From: an uncultured bacterium
GTDB lineage: Bacteria > Cyanobacteriota > Cyanobacteriia > Cyanobacteriales > Desertifilaceae
Direction: 5' to 3'
DNA length: 64,000 nucleotides
NCBI GenBank assembly: GCA_964616725.1
Contig: CAZTRW010000001.1
Location: 9,465-73,464 of the forward strand
Shown here: piece after piece, positions 40,143 to 51,051 of the stretch
Position numbering within the stretch: position 1 is the first letter of the stretch
Layout: each line of letters begins with the position of its first letter
Notes under the pieces: generated by a model
What the model saw: only the letters and a program-made list of their open reading frames with translations
Database searches by the model: none
Told to the model about the DNA's origin: nothing
Program-made: the position numbers and the translations under genes

Positions 40143-40970
40143 TCAGGGTCGATATAGCCACAAGGGCAACCCATTGGTTGACGCTTCAAACTCAAGCCAG
40201 TGAATAGCTGCGGGTACTCCTAATTTTACCCGATTATCGCCTCCAAGAATACGGTTCCATAGCGGTTTGGGTTCTTCAATGGTGCGACACTCGGCTTTCT
40301 GAGGATCGAGTCCCACCAGTTCAGCCGCCCAGCGTCGGGCTTCTTCTTCCGTGCCCAGGCGATCGACAATGCCTAAGGCTAATGCCTGTTGCCCCGTAAA
40401 AATCCGACCATCGGCAAAACTTTTCACCTGCTCAACCGGCAATTTTCGCGATTGTGCCACCGTTTCCACAAACTGTTGATAGCTGGTATCAATCATCTGC
40501 TGGAGAATTTCTGTTTCGGCATCAGTTAATTCTCGGTCAAAGGCGAGAATGTCCTTGTAGGGGCCAGATTTAATTACTTTGAACGATACCCCAATTTTTT
40601 CTAAGAGCCGTTCGATATTGTTCCCGCGAAGAATCACGCCAATACTGCCGGTAATCGTGCCTGGATTGGCCATGATATACTCGGCTCCCATGCCAATATA
40701 AACTCCTCCAGAGGCAGAAATATTGCCGAAACTGGCGACAATTTTGACTTTTTCCCGCAGGCGCATTAATCCGGCGTAAATTTCTTGGGAATCCCCCACA
40801 GTTCCGCCAGGAGAATCGATCCGTAGGAGTAGGGCTGGAAATTTTTTTTCTTCTACGGTTTTGAGGGCTTCTAAAACTCGTTTGCGAGTGCCAGAGGCGA
40901 TCGCGCCACTAACTTCAATCCGCGCAATCTGTTTTCGTGCTTTCGACTTAAAAAACCAAATCATAGCCAA
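40143..40970 (-). CDS. sppA: Signal peptide peptidase SppA (short form)
   Basis: IDSPGGTV, SASGGVY, TITGSIGV, ADGRIFTG. Confidence 0.92.
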   Translation of the reverse strand: MAMIWFFKSKARKQIARIEVSGAIASGTRKRVLEALKTVEEKKFPALLLRIDSPGGTVGDSQEIYAGLMRLREKVKIVASFGNISASGGVYIGMGAEYIMANPGTITGSIGVILRGNNIERLLEKIGVSFKVIKSGPYKDILAFDRELTDAETEILQQMIDTSYQQFVETVAQSRKLPVEQVKSFADGRIFTGQQALALGIVDRLGTEEEARRWAAELVGLDPQKAECRTIEEPKPLWNRILGGDNRVKLGVPAAIHWLEFEASTNGLPLWLYRP

Positions 40971-41117
40971 CCCTAGGTACTTTTCGCTCTCTTAACTTCT
41001 CTAGTGTGCCTGATTCCAGAGGACATCAGAACAGACATAGCTTTACAAATCTTTATACATTACAATAGACCCTAATCATTCGCCAAGGCCCGCACGCCTC
41101 TATTAACCCAAGCCTCC

Positions 41118-42098
41118 ATGTCTCTCAAATCATCACCACCTCAATCCCTTTGGTCTTCCTTACTTCTGATTGCGCCCTTTTTCTTTTGGGGCACAGCCAT
41201 GGTAGCCATGAAAGGTGTGCTCCCGGAAACCACCCCCTTGTTTATGGCAGGGGTGCGCTTGGTTCCTGCCGGTATGCTGATTCTACTGGTAGGTTGGCTC
41301 ACCGGACGACCCCAACCCCAAGGGCGGAAAGCTTGGCTAGGGATTATTGCCTTCGCGCTGGTAGATGGCACTCTATTTCAAGGGTTTTTGGCAGAAGGAT
41401 TAGTGAGAACGGATGCGGGATTAGGTTCGGTGATGATTGATTCCCAACCTCTCGCGGTAGCAATTTTGGCATGGTGGCTCTTTGGGGAGCACATCGGTGT
41501 GTGGGGTGTGATGGGACTCCTCTTAGGGATTGGGGGGATTAGTTTGATTGGATTGCCCCCAGAGGGGATGGCGGCAGGGCTAGAAATCCCCCATTTCAGT
41601 GCGATTTTCGCAAATGGCCAGGGGTTAATGCTCTTGGCAGCCCTATCTATGGCGGTGGGGACGGTGTTGATTCGTTTTGTCAGTCGTTATGCCGATCCAG
41701 TGATGGCGACGGGTTGGCATATGATAGTCGGGGGGTTACCTTTGTTGGGTGGCTCTTGGTGGTGGGAGGTGCATCAGTGGGATCAAATTGGGGGGAGCGG
41801 TTGGCTGGCGATCGCCTATGCCACTACCTTCGGCAGTGCCATCTCTTATGGTCTGTTCTTTTACTTCGCCGTCTCCGGCAACCTCACCAGTCTCAGTGCC
41901 ATGACATTTCTCACTCCCGTGTTTGCCCTATTATTCGGGAATCTGATTCTCCATGAAGTGCTTACCCCCCTGCAATGGCTGGGAGTTATTCTTACCTTAG
42001 GCAGTATCTATCTAATCAATCAGCGGGAGAAAATTGGGGCAAACCTGAAATCTACCAGCGATCGCGAATTAGCCTCCGCACCGATGGAGGTGGATTAA
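41118..42098 (+). CDS. DMT/EamA family transporter
   Basis: About ten TM segments in two EamA repeats. Confidence 0.88.
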   Translation: MSLKSSPPQSLWSSLLLIAPFFFWGTAMVAMKGVLPETTPLFMAGVRLVPAGMLILLVGWLTGRPQPQGRKAWLGIIAFALVDGTLFQGFLAEGLVRTDAGLGSVMIDSQPLAVAILAWWLFGEHIGVWGVMGLLLGIGGISLIGLPPEGMAAGLEIPHFSAIFANGQGLMLLAALSMAVGTVLIRFVSRYADPVMATGWHMIVGGLPLLGGSWWWEVHQWDQIGGSGWLAIAYATTFGSAISYGLFFYFAVSGNLTSLSAMTFLTPVFALLFGNLILHEVLTPLQWLGVILTLGSIYLINQREKIGANLKSTSDRELASAPMEVD

Positions 42099-42214
42099 CT
42101 GCTCCCTGGTCTCCATTTTGATCAATTGATTCACTTGCCAGACAGAACAATCCAGGGTATCAAAGTCTCATAGCCTTATTCCTAACTCTGTCTACCGACA
42201 GGGGTTCACTGTAA

Positions 42215-43777
42215 ATGTCCTATCCCTTGTCCCTGTTGATATTTACTGTTGTTGCTGGTGGGATAATCATGCCGCCGCCAGCGGTGAGTCCTTCCCTCTC
42301 CCTTACTGCTCTGGCGGTGAAGGGAAAACCAGCCAATGCCCCCCACTTTCTCCTCGCACAGAGCCACCCAGAAAATGCCTGCGCCGAGGGACTCGCCCTA
42401 GCTCAAGCCGCAGTGAAAGAAGGAGAGCAGGCAACCACTGCCCAACAATGGACTCAGATTGCCCAAAAATGGCAACAAGCATCGGACTTAATGGTCAAAG
42501 TCTCCCCAGAAAATAGCTGTTACGCCCAGGCTCAAGAACGGATCGAATTCTATCGCCGCAATAGTGAAATTGCCCTAGAGGAAGCGCAAAAAAAAGCCTC
42601 TATTCCCCTCCCTAATCTCGCCATAGGTGCAGAAGGGAAAGAAGTTCAGCAACTTCAGCAACGGCTCAAAGAACTGGGTTATTTTTCCGAAACTGTCAAT
42701 GGCATTTATGGAGAAACCACGGCTACCGCTGTCACAAATTTTCAAAGAGCTACGGGACTAGCAGCAGATGGTCAAGTCGGACAAAACACTTGGGATAAAT
42801 TACAATCAGCTAGTCCTATCATCTCTTCTCCTTCCCCCACTCCGCCAGAGAGTTTAGCCGCCAAACCCAGACAGAGAAGGAATCAAAAGAAGCGTTCTTT
42901 TACCGAGGGGTTAGTGGGTTGGGTGATGATGGGTTTAGGGGGATTAACCGTTTTAGGGGGGACAGTTTTTATTCTCCTGAAGCTCTTAAATCGGACGGAA
43001 GATGAGGAAGACTTAGAAGAGGAAGAACCAGAAGCGTTGGTGACTTCAGATTTGCCAGAGAATGTAGCATCTCAAGCCTTGGTAGCTTCTGGGGATGGAG
43101 AATCTGTCGAATCATCAACGAATGGTCATCCAGAAGTTGTTTTGGGGGGGGCGAACTCTCAGTCAGATCTAGAGCCAAGTTCTGGTACGGTGGAGTTGCC
43201 AAAAGAGATGCCTTCTCCAGAGAATCCTGTCTCTTCTGGGGAGTTGGTGCCGGTGAATGAAACGACTCGTCTGCCAAAGATGGGTATTATTGATGATTTG
43301 ATTAAGGATTTACAAAGTGCCGATCATCAAAAACGCCGTCAGGCAATTTGGGAGTTGGGACAACGGGGAAATTCTTTGGCAGTACAACCTTTGTTGAATT
43401 TATTGTTGGATTCTGATTCGGGACAGCGGACGTTAATTTTGTCGGCGCTTTCGGAAATTGGGGTGAAAACGATAAAGCCGATGAATCGGGCTTTATCGTT
43501 ATCGTTGCAGGATGATAATCCAGAAGTGAGAAAAAATGCGATTCGGGATTTTACGCGGATGTATGAGTTGATTGCGACGGTGAGTCATATGATGTGTCAT
43601 GCGGTCGATGATCCGGATCGGGAGGTGCAAGAGGTGGCAGAGTGGGCGGTGCGCCAGTTGCGACGGATTAGTGCTGCGTCAAATTTGGTTAAACTGAAAG
43701 AGGATCGGTCTTCGCGATCGCGCAGCGACTCCGCCGGAGGAGCACCTGATGAGTTTTTAGAAGACGAAGAGAGTTGA
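42215..43777 (+). CDS. Membrane protein: peptidoglycan-binding domain + TM + HEAT/PBS-lyase repeats
   Basis: VQQLQQRLKELGY..NGIYGETT..AVTNFQR..GL.ADGQVGQNTW; TM at about aa 235-258; RRQAIWELG, VRKNAIRD. Confidence 0.8.
   Translation: MSYPLSLLIFTVVAGGIIMPPPAVSPSLSLTALAVKGKPANAPHFLLAQSHPENACAEGLALAQAAVKEGEQATTAQQWTQIAQKWQQASDLMVKVSPENSCYAQAQERIEFYRRNSEIALEEAQKKASIPLPNLAIGAEGKEVQQLQQRLKELGYFSETVNGIYGETTATAVTNFQRATGLAADGQVGQNTWDKLQSASPIISSPSPTPPESLAAKPRQRRNQKKRSFTEGLVGWVMMGLGGLTVLGGTVFILLKLLNRTEDEEDLEEEEPEALVTSDLPENVASQALVASGDGESVESSTNGHPEVVLGGANSQSDLEPSSGTVELPKEMPSPENPVSSGELVPVNETTRLPKMGIIDDLIKDLQSADHQKRRQAIWELGQRGNSLAVQPLLNLLLDSDSGQRTLILSALSEIGVKTIKPMNRALSLSLQDDNPEVRKNAIRDFTRMYELIATVSHMMCHAVDDPDREVQEVAEWAVRQLRRISAASNLVKLKEDRSSRSRSDSAGGAPDEFLEDEES
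43714..43745 (+). repeat. HIP1-anchored 24-nt element (diverged) in the 3' end of the PG-binding/HEAT gene
   Basis: GCGATCGC + GCAGCGACTCCGCCGGAGGAGCAC, encoding RSDSAGGA. Confidence 0.65.
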
Positions 43778-43798
43778 GTCCCCATTATCAATCGCCCC

Positions 43799-45337
43799 AT
43801 GCAGAAATCACCCCTGACTATTAAACAATATGGATTGCTATTTTTAACAGCGATCGCCGTTAGTCTCATTAGTCTATTTCTCTATAACAGTTGGAGTCAA
43901 CCCCAGTTTCAAGGTCAGTTGCAACTGTATGAAACGAATCTGTTGCTTAATGCTGCTACTTGGGAGGACCAATCTTTAGACGATGACACTAAAGCACTGG
44001 TGCAACAAGCTCTCTTGGGTAAGCAGCCGTTGTTAACGGCACGGCAACAATATCAGCAAGGACTGCGAGAGACAGAAATGAGACTGGAAAAAAAGCGCCA
44101 GGAACTAGAAAATCTCCAGGTTCAACCCTTCCCGAATCCACAGGAGCAGCAACGGTTGCAACAGGAGATTGCCTCGTTACAGCAGTCTTGGCAAAGTTTA
44201 GGGCTACAACTGGGATTGTTGCATACTCAGATCGGTGAAGTGCCTCAAGCTTTGGCTCTCTGGCAAAGGGTGGCTGAGGAGGCTGAGTCTACCCGAGGGG
44301 ATGCGGCGGTGGGGTTAAGTGGATTATGGGCTAATCCCCCTTATGTTGAAATTGATACAGAGATAACCTTAAAAACTGAATTATCTGGATGGTTTCGCTA
44401 TCAGGGATTATCGCGACTGTATGAGATTGAAGGGAAGGACTTAGAGCTTGAGAAAATCCAGGAAAAACAAGGGGCGATCGCCTCTAGAGCAATACAAAAG
44501 TTACTCATAGTGGCAGGAATCCAAACTTTGGGCATTGTCTTGGGGTGCGGATTATTCCTATTTGCTATTCTCCAATGGCTCAGGCAACGGCAAGACTCTT
44601 GGTTAGGCAAACAATCTCCCTGGATGCCGGAAGTTCCTTGGAATTGGGAAACTATTTTATTAGTGATTGTGGCCGGATTTTTCTTCATCGGTCAACTCAT
44701 TTTCCCGGTGGTTTTTCGACAGATATTAACCCTATTTGCCTGGACACGGGGGATGGGAGTGCGAGCAGATGCCATCATCATTCTCTGTTCCTATTTGGTG
44801 AGTAGTGCGGGAGCTTTAAGTATTCTTTATTTGGGGGTAAGCCCCTTTCGTCCCCTCCCCCAAGGCTGGTTTCGGTTGGAGGGAAAATGGTCAGCAATAG
44901 GCTGGGGAATAGGAGGATTTTTGGTAGCGATTCCGGTAGTATTAGTGGTATCTTTAGTGAATCAAGCTCTGTGGCAAGGTCAAGGCGGTAGTAATCCGAT
45001 TTTACCCCTGGCACTGGAAGGAAACGATCCCGTGGCGATCGCCTGTTTCGTCTTTACCGCTTCTGTGGCTGCACCTGTATTTGAAGAGATTATGTTTCGG
45101 GGGTTTTTACTCCCTTCCCTCACTCGCTATGTGCCTCTAGGGTTAGCGATTACCTTGAGCGGCTTAACTTTTGCGATCGCCCATTTGAGCCTCTCTGAAG
45201 TCATTCCCCTCACCACTCTAGGGATGATCATGGGATTAGTCTACACCCGCTCAGGCAGCCTACTGGCTCCTATTTTGCTCCATAGCCTATGGAATGGCAA
45301 TACTCTCTTAAGTTTATTCCTGTTAGGCAGTAACTGA
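43799..45337 (+). CDS. CPBP (Abi/CAAX) family intramembrane metalloprotease
   Basis: APVFEEIMFRGFL, FAIAH, HSLWN. Confidence 0.88.
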   Translation: MQKSPLTIKQYGLLFLTAIAVSLISLFLYNSWSQPQFQGQLQLYETNLLLNAATWEDQSLDDDTKALVQQALLGKQPLLTARQQYQQGLRETEMRLEKKRQELENLQVQPFPNPQEQQRLQQEIASLQQSWQSLGLQLGLLHTQIGEVPQALALWQRVAEEAESTRGDAAVGLSGLWANPPYVEIDTEITLKTELSGWFRYQGLSRLYEIEGKDLELEKIQEKQGAIASRAIQKLLIVAGIQTLGIVLGCGLFLFAILQWLRQRQDSWLGKQSPWMPEVPWNWETILLVIVAGFFFIGQLIFPVVFRQILTLFAWTRGMGVRADAIIILCSYLVSSAGALSILYLGVSPFRPLPQGWFRLEGKWSAIGWGIGGFLVAIPVVLVVSLVNQALWQGQGGSNPILPLALEGNDPVAIACFVFTASVAAPVFEEIMFRGFLLPSLTRYVPLGLAITLSGLTFAIAHLSLSEVIPLTTLGMIMGLVYTRSGSLLAPILLHSLWNGNTLLSLFLLGSN

Positions 45338-45406
45338 AATTTCCCCAGGACTGGTCTAATGATTCTGTATAATCAAAGAATCTATTGAAGAATATTAGGA
45401 CGTTCC

Positions 45407-46843
45407 ATGCGTGTTGCGATCATTGGGGCAGGTTTAGCAGGTTTAGCAACTGCCATTGAGTTAGTGGATGCAGGTTATCAAGTGGAGATTTTTGAATCTC
45501 GCGCTTTTGTAGGGGGGAAAGTAGGTAGTTGGGTGGATGGGGATGGTAATTCCATTGAAATGGGATTGCACGTTTTTTTTGGTTGCTATTACAATCTGTT
45601 TGATTTGATGCGGAAAGTAGGAGCCTTTGAACATCTCCTCTTGAAAGAACATACCCATATCTTTGTGAATCGCGGCGGAGTTTTAGGCGCGCTAGATTTT
45701 CGGTTTCCTTTGGGCGCACCTTTTAATGGATTAAAGGCATTTTTTACCACTTCTCAGTTGTCGGTTCAAGATAAAGCAATGAATGCGATCGCCCTGGGAA
45801 CTAGCCCCATTGTCCGTGGTTTAGTAGACTTTGAAGGAGCGATGAAAACCATCCGCAATTTAGATAGCATTAGTTTTGCTGATTGGTTTCGTCAACAAGG
45901 CGGCTCGGAAGGCAGCCTCAAACGGATGTGGAATCCCATCGCTTATGCTTTAGGGTTTATCGACACAGAAAATATTTCCGCTCGCTGTATGTTGACAATT
46001 TTCCAGTTTTTTGCTGCGAAAACGGAAGCATCTGTATTGCGAATGTTAGCCGGTTCCCCTCATGAATATCTCCATAAACCGATTGTCAATTATTTGGAAG
46101 CACGGGGAACAAAAATCTATACTCGTCAACGAGTTCGGGAGATTCAGTGTACAGAAAACCAAGGCAAAATAGCAATCACTGGATTAGTAGTAGCGGCGGG
46201 AGACAAGGAGGAGACAATTACAGCAGATACCTATGTGGCGGCTTGTGATGTGCCTGGAATTCAAAAGCTTTTACCGGAGAGTTGGCGAAAATTTCCAGAA
46301 TTTGATCGGATCTACAAACTCGATACCGTGCCAGTGGCAACGGTACAGTTGCGCTTTGATGGTTGGGTGACTGAATTAAACGATGAAAATCAGCGGCGGC
46401 AGTTACAAAAGGCGGTGGGAATTGATAACTTGTTGTACAGTGCGGATGCGGATTTTTCTTGTTTTGCGGACTTAGCGTTGGCAAGTCCTGGAGATTATTA
46501 TCGCGAGGGACAGGGATCTTTATTGCAGTTGGTGTTAACTCCGGGCGATCCGTTTATTCGGCAAAATAATGAGGCGATCGCCCATCACGTCCTCAAACAA
46601 GTTCACGATCTTTTTCCCTCTTCTCGTTCCTTAAACATGACTTGGTACTCAGTAGTCAAACTGGCTCAATCTCTCTATCGAGAAGGGCCGGGTATGGATG
46701 TTTATCGTCCCACACAAATCACCCCTATCCCTAACTTTTTCCTCGCAGGCAGCTATACCCAACAAGACTATATTGATAGTATGGAAGGAGCAACCCTTTC
46801 GGGACGACAAGCCGCGCGAGCCATTTTGTCTCAGGGAAGTTAA
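45407..46843 (+). CDS. zds: 9,9'-di-cis-zeta-carotene desaturase
   Basis: [43 protein letters not shown]. Confidence 0.93.
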   Translation: MRVAIIGAGLAGLATAIELVDAGYQVEIFESRAFVGGKVGSWVDGDGNSIEMGLHVFFGCYYNLFDLMRKVGAFEHLLLKEHTHIFVNRGGVLGALDFRFPLGAPFNGLKAFFTTSQLSVQDKAMNAIALGTSPIVRGLVDFEGAMKTIRNLDSISFADWFRQQGGSEGSLKRMWNPIAYALGFIDTENISARCMLTIFQFFAAKTEASVLRMLAGSPHEYLHKPIVNYLEARGTKIYTRQRVREIQCTENQGKIAITGLVVAAGDKEETITADTYVAACDVPGIQKLLPESWRKFPEFDRIYKLDTVPVATVQLRFDGWVTELNDENQRRQLQKAVGIDNLLYSADADFSCFADLALASPGDYYREGQGSLLQLVLTPGDPFIRQNNEAIAHHVLKQVHDLFPSSRSLNMTWYSVVKLAQSLYREGPGMDVYRPTQITPIPNFFLAGSYTQQDYIDSMEGATLSGRQAARAILSQGS

Positions 46844-48069
46844 GCAAGATAGTCCATGGGATCGACAGGAGTACCATTTTCGCGGACTTCAAAATGCAAA
46901 TGGGGTCCTGTAGACAGTCCAGTTGATCCCGTCGTCGCCATGGGATCGCCTTGATTGACGCTCTCTCCTTCTTGCACATAAATCAGATCGGTATGACCAT
47001 AAAGGGTAGTAATGCCATTGCCATGATCGAGAATCACCGTATTGCCATAACCCCCGTACCATCCCGCAAAGATGACTAATCCGGTTTGAGCCGCATAAAT
47101 GGGACTGCCATAATCAGCCGCAAAGTCGAGACCTCCATGAAATCGCTCATAGCCAAAAATGGGGTGGGTTCGCCACCCAAAGGTGCTAGAGAGAGGTGCG
47201 TGACTGGGAGCAAGCATTTTTCCAGGTTTTAGTTTCAGGAGGTTACGCAAAGATACGGAGGAGGTGGCAATGCGATCGCGAATGAGGTATTCTAAATTAT
47301 GGGAATCTTCTTGTAATTGCGCATAAGCTGCTTCAAGGGCTCGGCGATCCTGATTCAGTCGTTTGATCAGTTGTCCCTGGACTTGGCTTTGGTTTTGATA
47401 GTCCTGTTTTTGATAAATTAAATGTTGATTCATCAACAAGAGTTGATTATACTCGCGCTCTACAACCAAGGCTTGTTGTTGGGATTGTTCAAAAGCGGTT
47501 TTCACCTTCAGGAGTAGTTGGCGATCTGCTAGGGCTAATTGTTGCAAACGATGGCGACGACTGAGAAAATCGGTGAGAGATTGGCTTTGCAAGAGGATGG
47601 CCCAACCGGAAGGGCGAGGGTGACGCTGAAGAAGACGAAATCGGGCGATCGCTGCTCTCGCTATTTCTTGATACTCCTGTTTTTTCTGGCGGCGTTGAGT
47701 ATTCAGAAACTTAAGATTTTGGGTTGTTTGATCAATTTGACGTTTGAGGTCTTGGAGTTCGCGATCCGTCGTTTTCAGAGAACTTTGGAGACCTTTAAGG
47801 CGATTTTCTGCTAATTTCTCCAGGGTTTTCAATCGCTCTTGTTCCACAGAAAGCTGTTTTTGATTTTGTTGCAATTGTTCTTTCTGCTCATACAATTGAT
47901 CAATGGATGCGTTGGCATGGGACGAAACGCCTAGGAGTATCCAAAAGCACAGTATGATCACCCCAACCCAGAGTAAGGCTCTCCATCCTGTCTCGATCTG
48001 CTGTGGCTCCTGGGAAGAATCATGCCCCATAGTAATAATGTCATTTGGCGTTTTCTTGTGATCTATCAT
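46840..48069 (-). CDS. EnvC-like coiled-coil + M23 peptidase
   Basis: TM segment, long coiled coil, [26 protein letters not shown]. Confidence 0.88.
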   Translation of the reverse strand: MIDHKKTPNDIITMGHDSSQEPQQIETGWRALLWVGVIILCFWILLGVSSHANASIDQLYEQKEQLQQNQKQLSVEQERLKTLEKLAENRLKGLQSSLKTTDRELQDLKRQIDQTTQNLKFLNTQRRQKKQEYQEIARAAIARFRLLQRHPRPSGWAILLQSQSLTDFLSRRHRLQQLALADRQLLLKVKTAFEQSQQQALVVEREYNQLLLMNQHLIYQKQDYQNQSQVQGQLIKRLNQDRRALEAAYAQLQEDSHNLEYLIRDRIATSSVSLRNLLKLKPGKMLAPSHAPLSSTFGWRTHPIFGYERFHGGLDFAADYGSPIYAAQTGLVIFAGWYGGYGNTVILDHGNGITTLYGHTDLIYVQEGESVNQGDPMATTGSTGLSTGPHLHFEVRENGTPVDPMDYLA

Positions 48070-48152
48070 ATCAATAGAGAAACTCCAGGTAACAGAGAAA
48101 TGCTATGTTTAGAAAAAAGCATTTACAATCACCAACATCTGGAGAGTATACC

Positions 48153-48602
48153 ATGGGCTTATTTGATGCGTTTCGCCAAGGCAGCGTCGAAAAGAAGGCT
48201 GTAACCCTGGGCCCAGCCGAAGGGTTTGCCGCTATTATGCTGCTGGTGGTGGCAGCAGATGGGTATTTAGCGGATGATGAAGTGCGTCTGTTGAATACGA
48301 CGTTGAGTCGGATGAAGCTCTTTCGGAGCTATTCTGATGATGTGATGCGGCGGATGTTTGACAATCTCTGCGGTACATTGCGGCGGGAGGGCGGGAAGTC
48401 CCTGTTCGATGCCGCGATCGCCACTCTGCCTCACGATCTCTATGATACCACCTTTGCGATCGCCACGGACCTGGTACTAGCCGATGGCCAAGTCACCAAA
48501 GAAGAAGAAGACCTCTTAAGTAGTTTATGCCGTGCCCTAGACTTACCCGACCCCCTCGTTCACCAAATCATCCAAGTGATGATGATCAAAAACAAGGGAT
48601 AA
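48153..48602 (+). CDS. TerB-family (tellurite resistance-like) protein
   Basis: AADGY...E, DLVLADG.V..EE..LL; start set at MGLFD. Confidence 0.8.
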   Translation: MGLFDAFRQGSVEKKAVTLGPAEGFAAIMLLVVAADGYLADDEVRLLNTTLSRMKLFRSYSDDVMRRMFDNLCGTLRREGGKSLFDAAIATLPHDLYDTTFAIATDLVLADGQVTKEEEDLLSSLCRALDLPDPLVHQIIQVMMIKNKG

Positions 48603-48675
48603 CTGCCACTGCCAGCCCTAGGGAAAGAAATACCCTGTTTTTCCCTAGGATCAACCCTAAAGTGAGGGAAACCCG

Positions 48676-48957
48676 ATGAAAGATGTCACAATTTTACCGA
48701 TTAAAGTCATGCCCTCTGCCTCCCAAACGGCGATCGCCGGATGGCTAGGCGATACCTTAAAAATTCGCGTTCAAGCTCCTCCAGAGCGAGGGAAAGCAAA
48801 CGCCGCCGTTTTAAAATTAATGGCCCGAACCCTCAGTATTCCCCTCGAATCCATCACCCTCCTCCAAGGAGAAACCTCCCCCCAGAAAATTCTCTCCATC
48901 CAGGATTTAACCCTCGATCAAATCCAACAAAAAATCCCACCTCACCCTCCTCAATGA
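48676..48957 (+). CDS. DUF167/YggU family protein
   Basis: LKIRVQAPPERGKANAA, GETSPQK. Confidence 0.85.
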   Translation: MKDVTILPIKVMPSASQTAIAGWLGDTLKIRVQAPPERGKANAAVLKLMARTLSIPLESITLLQGETSPQKILSIQDLTLDQIQQKIPPHPPQ

Positions 48958-50093
48958 CGGAACGTGCTTTTTGGTTAGCCTGGTCACAACTCCCCCAAAT
49001 AGGCCCTATTCTCCTACAGCGAATAGAGCGAACCTTTGGTAGTCTAGCCACTGCTTGGGAAGCCTCGGCGATCGCCCTCAGTCAAGTGGAAGGAGTGGGA
49101 TTAAAAACTGCTGAATCGGTAGTCTCTGCACGCCAGAAAATTGACGCGATCGCCCTCTTAGAACAACACTTAAAAACCAACCCCTATTTTTGGACTCCCT
49201 GTGATCCAGACTACCCTCGATTACTCCTAGAAATTCCCAATCCACCTCCCGTCTTATACTATCGAGGCATCGTCGAGCCACAAGAAAACCAAGGACTCAA
49301 GCCAATGATCGCGATCGTGGGCACTCGCGAACCCACCGATTATGGCAAACGATGGACCTACAAACTCAGCCGACAACTCGCCGAACACGGATTTACCATC
49401 ATCTCTGGCATGGCTCAAGGCATTGATGCCCAAGCCCATCGCGGATGCCTAGACGGAGGCGGCAGAACCATCGCCGTTCTCGGCACTGGAGTAGATCTCA
49501 TCTATCCACCCTCCAACCGTTCCCTCTATCCCCAAATCTTAGAACAAGGACTAGCCATCAGCGAATACCCCACCAGCACCCAACCCAACCGCGCCCATTT
49601 TCCCCGGCGCAATCGCATCATTGCCGGATTAAGTCGAGCCACCTTAATCACAGAAGCGCCCGTACAATCTGGAGCCTTAATAACCGCACGATTAGCCAAT
49701 GAATTTGGTCGAGATATCTATATCCTACCCGGCCGTTTAGATGATATCACCTCCAGAGGATGTCTCAGCTTACTAAGTCAAGGCGCACAAGTTATTATCC
49801 ACGAACAATACCTCCTAGAACTTTTAGGAACAATCCCCCAACTCGATTCTCCTTCAGTCCCCAACCGGGCGGGTTGGAAACCACGCCCCTCTCCCTCTCC
49901 CCAGTTACCCCCCGCACAGCAACAAGTGCTCACAGCAGTCAAAGACACAGCCACTTCCCTCGATATCATTGTTGCCGAAACCCAGTTAAGTTCTGCTACA
50001 GTAATGTCCACCTTGACAGAATTAGAGCTATTGGGATTAATCTCTCAGTTACCGGGCATGAGATATCAGCTAACAGAGAACAGGAATTACTGA
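48954..50093 (+). CDS. dprA: DNA-protecting protein DprA
   Basis: AIVGTR, ISGMAQGIDAQAH, FPRRNRIIAGLS, SGALITA, C-terminal wHTH. Start at the ATG at 48954 (ATGA overlap). Confidence 0.95.
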   Translation: MTERAFWLAWSQLPQIGPILLQRIERTFGSLATAWEASAIALSQVEGVGLKTAESVVSARQKIDAIALLEQHLKTNPYFWTPCDPDYPRLLLEIPNPPPVLYYRGIVEPQENQGLKPMIAIVGTREPTDYGKRWTYKLSRQLAEHGFTIISGMAQGIDAQAHRGCLDGGGRTIAVLGTGVDLIYPPSNRSLYPQILEQGLAISEYPTSTQPNRAHFPRRNRIIAGLSRATLITEAPVQSGALITARLANEFGRDIYILPGRLDDITSRGCLSLLSQGAQVIIHEQYLLELLGTIPQLDSPSVPNRAGWKPRPSPSPQLPPAQQQVLTAVKDTATSLDIIVAETQLSSATVMSTLTELELLGLISQLPGMRYQLTENRNY

Positions 50094-50363
50094 TAGCCGA
50101 TTACCCCAGGGTGACAGCAGCAAAAAAGTCCACAGGGTTGGCGCAGGAGAAAGTTATCCTGAGCACAGTCAAGCAAGGATGAAGGTGAGGTGTGATCGCT
50201 AGATCAATCTGGAACCCTCTTGGTGCTTGGCCGTCAGAGGGGGTGTGCCAAAGGAAATAGTGGCGATAAGTTCGGAACAAAAGGTGACTAATATTTTTAG
50301 GGTAATAGTAGATAAGTTGCCAAAGGGCATTATGCCGAGTCAGACTTATCCGAAACTTAGTTT

Positions 50364-51029
50364 TTGAGGAATGATCCCATGAATTTTAAGTCCTTTCTGA
50401 CTTTAGGTTTAGTTTCGTTATCTTCAGCCGTGTGGACTTGGGGAATGGTTAATCCAGCCAATGCTCAGTCTCTGGAGTCCTATTGGGCAGCTAATCCCAC
50501 AGTATTAGAAAAGTTTCAACCCGATCAACCGGTGACTTCTTTAGATGTTAGTCCGAGGGGGGATTTTGTGGTGAGTGGGACTGAAAGTGCAGCTTTACAT
50601 ATCTGGGATTTAAGAGCACAACGGGTAATGCGGACGTTGCAAAGTCATACGGAAAAAGTTACGTCGGTGATGTTTAGTCCTAATGGTCAAACTTTTGTGA
50701 GTGCTAGTACGGATAAAACGATTAAGATTTGGAATTTAGCGATGTTAAGGCTAAGGATGACTATCTATACTAATAGTGAGATTTATTCGGTGGCGGTTAG
50801 TCCTCATGGTCAAACGTTTGCGAGTGGCAATGCTGAGGGAAAGGTGGAAATTTGGAATTTGAATACGGGCAAAAAAAGACGGGAGTTTAGTACGCCGATG
50901 CAGTCAGTGGTGCGGGTAGCCTATAGTCCAGATGGGGAGCGGTTAGCAACTAGCTATCCCCATACTGCTACAGTCCATTTCTGGAATCCGTTAACGGGGG
51001 AGTTTTTGGGAACGGGGAGTCCAGAGTGA
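50364..51029 (+). CDS. Secreted WD40-repeat protein
   Basis: Signal peptide ending ANA; repeats SASTDKTIKIWN, ASGNAEGKVEIWN. Confidence 0.82.
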   Translation: MRNDPMNFKSFLTLGLVSLSSAVWTWGMVNPANAQSLESYWAANPTVLEKFQPDQPVTSLDVSPRGDFVVSGTESAALHIWDLRAQRVMRTLQSHTEKVTSVMFSPNGQTFVSASTDKTIKIWNLAMLRLRMTIYTNSEIYSVAVSPHGQTFASGNAEGKVEIWNLNTGKKRREFSTPMQSVVRVAYSPDGERLATSYPHTATVHFWNPLTGEFLGTGSPE

Positions 51030-51051
51030 AGTGATCTGTTTTTATGGTAAA

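Noticed and set aside
50338-50360. Possible fourth copy of the 21-nt element (GTCAGACTTATCCGAAA)
   Set aside because: It needs a gap and several mismatches, and the hairpin is lost.
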